Source: a virus
Strand: one strand, 5' to 3'
Virus record (IMG/VR): IMGVR_UViG_3300022924_000016
Location: 1 to 64,000 of that record
Length of the DNA stretch: 64,000 nt
Part shown: piece after piece, positions 61,789 through 64,000 of the stretch
How positions within the stretch are numbered: the first letter of the stretch is position 1
How the letters are laid out: each line of letters starts with the position of its first letter
The notes under the pieces: generated by a model
What the model saw: only the letters and a program-made list of their open reading frames with translations
Databases searched by the model: none
Told to the model about the DNA's origin: nothing
Made by a program: the position numbers and the translations under genes

Positions 61789-62916
61789 ATGAAAAATCTT
61801 TTAGCACTAATTACAATTTTACTTTCTTCAACAATTTACTGCCAAACTCCCAGAGCGGGAGGAATTAATAACTTACAAGCAACAGTTTTAAATACAGTGC
61901 ATGATAATTTTGTAGGTGTTCAGACAACAAATTTAAACTCTTTCGCAGTTTACAGCTTTGGAAGTAATTTTGATTATAATCTAGGACTAAAATCTACAGA
62001 CAATATCTCTGAAGGAGTTACAAATAAATATTTCAGTAATACATTAGCTAGAAATGCTTTTAGTGCAGGGACAGGTTTAAATTATTCAGCAGGCATATAT
62101 AGCTTAGATAGTGCAACGCAAGGGACTCTAGCATCTATTAACAATAAATTCAATACCCCAACAGGTACTGTTGTGCAGTATTTAAGGGGAGATGGCTCCA
62201 TATCCAATTTTCCAACAATACCTTTAGCCCAAGTTAACAGTGATTGGAATTCAAATAGTGGTGTAAGTCAAATACTAAACAAACCAATATTATTTAGTGG
62301 TTCTTATACTGATTTATCTAATAAACCAACAATACCAGTTAATACAAATCAATTAATCAATGGTTCTGGATTTATTACTGGATATACTGAAATAGATCCT
62401 ACAGTTCCTTCTTATTCAAAAACACTAAGTTCTTTTAATATAATTAAAACTTCTACAGATGGGTTATATCAACCTTTAGGAAGCTATCTTACTAAAACTT
62501 TAGCTGATACATATTATTATCCATCGACAGGCAACCCTAGTGGATTCTTAACAAGTCTACCGACAAAAAGTTTTAATAATTCGGCGGTAAAAACGATAAA
62601 CGGAACAGGAGTTCAAATATCTACAACAAGAGATGCCTTTGTAACCTATACAGTAACTCACACTATAGCTTTGACATTGTTGTTAGCTTCAGGAAGTTCG
62701 CAAGTATTTTTAGAAGTAAGTCCAAATAATTCAACTTGGACTACAATAAGTCAAGCAGGGTATTCAGACGGAGTAGCAGTAGCCGTGGCACTCACAAAAA
62801 CAACTACGAACAACGTACAAGGAATGATTCCAGCAGGAAATTATGTCAGACTAAGAAGCGTGGTATCAGGTGGAGGGTCAACAACCTTCACAAACGGTCA
62901 AGAAGTACTTAATTAA
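61789..62916 (+). CDS. tail-fibre-like protein with N-terminal signal-like peptide
   Basis: STDNISEG.TNKYF, QYLRGDG, QVNSDWN..SG..QILNKP, GSYTDLSNKP, E.DPTVP. Confidence 0.65.
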   Translation: MKNLLALITILLSSTIYCQTPRAGGINNLQATVLNTVHDNFVGVQTTNLNSFAVYSFGSNFDYNLGLKSTDNISEGVTNKYFSNTLARNAFSAGTGLNYSAGIYSLDSATQGTLASINNKFNTPTGTVVQYLRGDGSISNFPTIPLAQVNSDWNSNSGVSQILNKPILFSGSYTDLSNKPTIPVNTNQLINGSGFITGYTEIDPTVPSYSKTLSSFNIIKTSTDGLYQPLGSYLTKTLADTYYYPSTGNPSGFLTSLPTKSFNNSAVKTINGTGVQISTTRDAFVTYTVTHTIALTLLLASGSSQVFLEVSPNNSTWTTISQAGYSDGVAVAVALTKTTTNNVQGMIPAGNYVRLRSVVSGGGSTTFTNGQEVLN

Positions 62917-62935
62917 AAACCAAATAAAAACAAAA

Positions 62936-63142
62936 ATGAAATTATTCCACGACAGTGCTTATTTTGTAAGCGGTTCAAATCCAAATGCAATTCCTGACGC
63001 TATTAATGCCCTTAGAGATTTAGGTATAACAGTGGATGAATACGATCCCTATGATTTTGAAGCTTTGGGCATATACCTTTCAGCTACTGAACAGCAAAGG
63101 TCGGGTTTGCCACTTCCCCAGAAACCTAAGAAAAGAATTTAA
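62936..63142 (+). CDS. small hypothetical protein
   Basis: ATG at 62936 after A-rich leader (the track start at 62870 overlaps the upstream gene). Confidence 0.55.
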   Translation: MKLFHDSAYFVSGSNPNAIPDAINALRDLGITVDEYDPYDFEALGIYLSATEQQRSGLPLPQKPKKRI

Positions 63143-63153
63143 CTACTAAAAAT

Positions 63154-63177
63154 CCTCCCAGAGTAAAATTTGGGAGG
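63154..63177 (+). terminator. hairpin, possible terminator
   Basis: CCTCCCA...TGGGAGG; weak U-tract. Confidence 0.45.
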
Positions 63178-63195
63178 TAATTAAAAATTAAAAAC

Positions 63196-63561
63196 ATGTG
63201 TAAAGATATAAATTCCTGTGGTGACGTTACTTTTGCGCAGTGCGTGAGATACGAAGAAGATTTACCAGAATTTTCAAAAATAACAAAAGATTGTGTTAAT
63301 ATAGAAGATACCAACAAGGATATTTATGAGCTTATTGGAGAAATAAAAGAAGGGATTCCTGCAAATTTAACAACAAGATTAGAAGAATTAGAATCGCAGG
63401 TTTCAGAACTTCAAGAACAAGTAACAGCTTTACAGAATCAAAATGTTTGTTTAAAAGATATAACAGAATGTATTAATGTATCAACAATAGAAGATCCATG
63501 CGGGGAAGAAGTAACAAATTTAGGACAAGTTTTGAATTACATATTAAGCAGACTTCCCTAA
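63196..63561 (+). CDS. Cys-containing coiled-coil virion protein
   Basis: CGD...AQCV.Y; heptad repeat; DPCG. Confidence 0.6.
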   Translation: MCKDINSCGDVTFAQCVRYEEDLPEFSKITKDCVNIEDTNKDIYELIGEIKEGIPANLTTRLEELESQVSELQEQVTALQNQNVCLKDITECINVSTIEDPCGEEVTNLGQVLNYILSRLP

Positions 63562-63893
63562 TAAGTAAAATAGCATATTTACCCGTAATACTAGCATTCA
63601 CATATTTGACTATATACAATTTCATTGATTTTAATTATTATATAAATCTGTATTCCAAGCTTGTGATAATAGACAATATAATGGTATTTTTTGCTATAAT
63701 AGGCTTTATTTTAGGAGGTTATAAAAAATGGAAATTGGAAGTCATAAGGTGTTTTTCTTTTGTTATAATACTTAACATTTTAACTGAATATGCAAGATAC
63801 TATGATGATATAGATTACTTCAAGTGTTACTTTGCGATACTTATTCTTTTCATAGTCTCTTTCACCATAACAAGCACACAAACTAATGATTGA
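63498..63893 (+). CDS. multi-pass membrane protein (start uncertain)
   Basis: Four hydrophobic segments. Confidence 0.45.
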   Translation: MRGRSNKFRTSFELHIKQTSLISKIAYLPVILAFTYLTIYNFIDFNYYINLYSKLVIIDNIMVFFAIIGFILGGYKKWKLEVIRCFSFVIILNILTEYARYYDDIDYFKCYFAILILFIVSFTITSTQTND

Positions 63894-64000
63894 TAAAGCA
63901 CTAGAATTTCTAAAGACGCTTGTTACCCTCACCAATAGACAAATAATAATTTTACTTTTTTCAATAGTGGTGGCAGGTTTAGGAGTAGTTATATGGAAAC
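63887..64000 (+). CDS. partial membrane protein (holin-like?), truncated by window end
   Basis: MIDKALEFLKTLVTLTNRQIIILLFSIVVAGLGVVIWK. Confidence 0.45.

Noticed and set aside
59046-62916. Diversity-generating retroelement targeting the fibre genes
   Set aside because: No reverse transcriptase or TR/VR repeat pair visible in the window
41514-63317. Minus-strand ORFs within the structural arm (e.g. 48785-49186, 52290-52595, 55973-56257)
   Set aside because: Antisense shadows of portal, capsid and tail genes
1-64000. TAG/TGA stop-codon reassignment as seen in some Crassvirales
   Set aside because: Long genes are intact under code 11, TAG and TGA stops abut the next starts, and no suppressor tRNA was seen; the one anomaly is a TAA
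1-64000. Prophage or host chromosomal context (groEL, recA and phoH look like host genes)
   Set aside because: These genes are highly divergent and embedded in phage gene arrays; no integrase or bacterial operons seen

Overview
A 64-kb segment of an AT-rich, apparently lytic dsDNA tailed phage. The head-gene layout is crAss-like and the host is probably in Bacteroidota, most likely Flavobacteriia, inferred from many TAnnTTTG (-7) promoter elements. Positions 1 to ~41,000 are coded on the minus strand. That arm has dozens of small early genes downstream of a ~1-kb promoter-dense non-coding region (15.3-16.2 kb), PD-(D/E)XK and DnaQ-like nucleases, and HNH/GIY-YIG endonucleases. It also carries a minimal kinase, a Tad1/Acb2-like sponge, GroEL, a dNTP-diphosphohydrolase-like protein, a tRNA(CAT) among unexplained structured RNA, PhoH, an orphan MbcA/ParS antitoxin domain, RecA, an SF2 helicase, an adenine methyltransferase and a primase-like protein. 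At ~41,050 divergent promoters switch coding to the plus strand. The plus arm has a GroES-like gene, intein-containing TerL, portal, scaffold-like protein, major capsid protein, head/neck proteins and tail fibre/spike genes, one with an SGNH esterase domain. The most notable items are the candidate anti-defence genes, a dispersed T-run/CG-core/A-run motif, a candidate ncRNA operon, a pseudoknot/attenuator leader, a G-quadruplex motif and an in-frame TAA near the end of a structural gene. All assignments come from motif recognition by eye; no searches were run.
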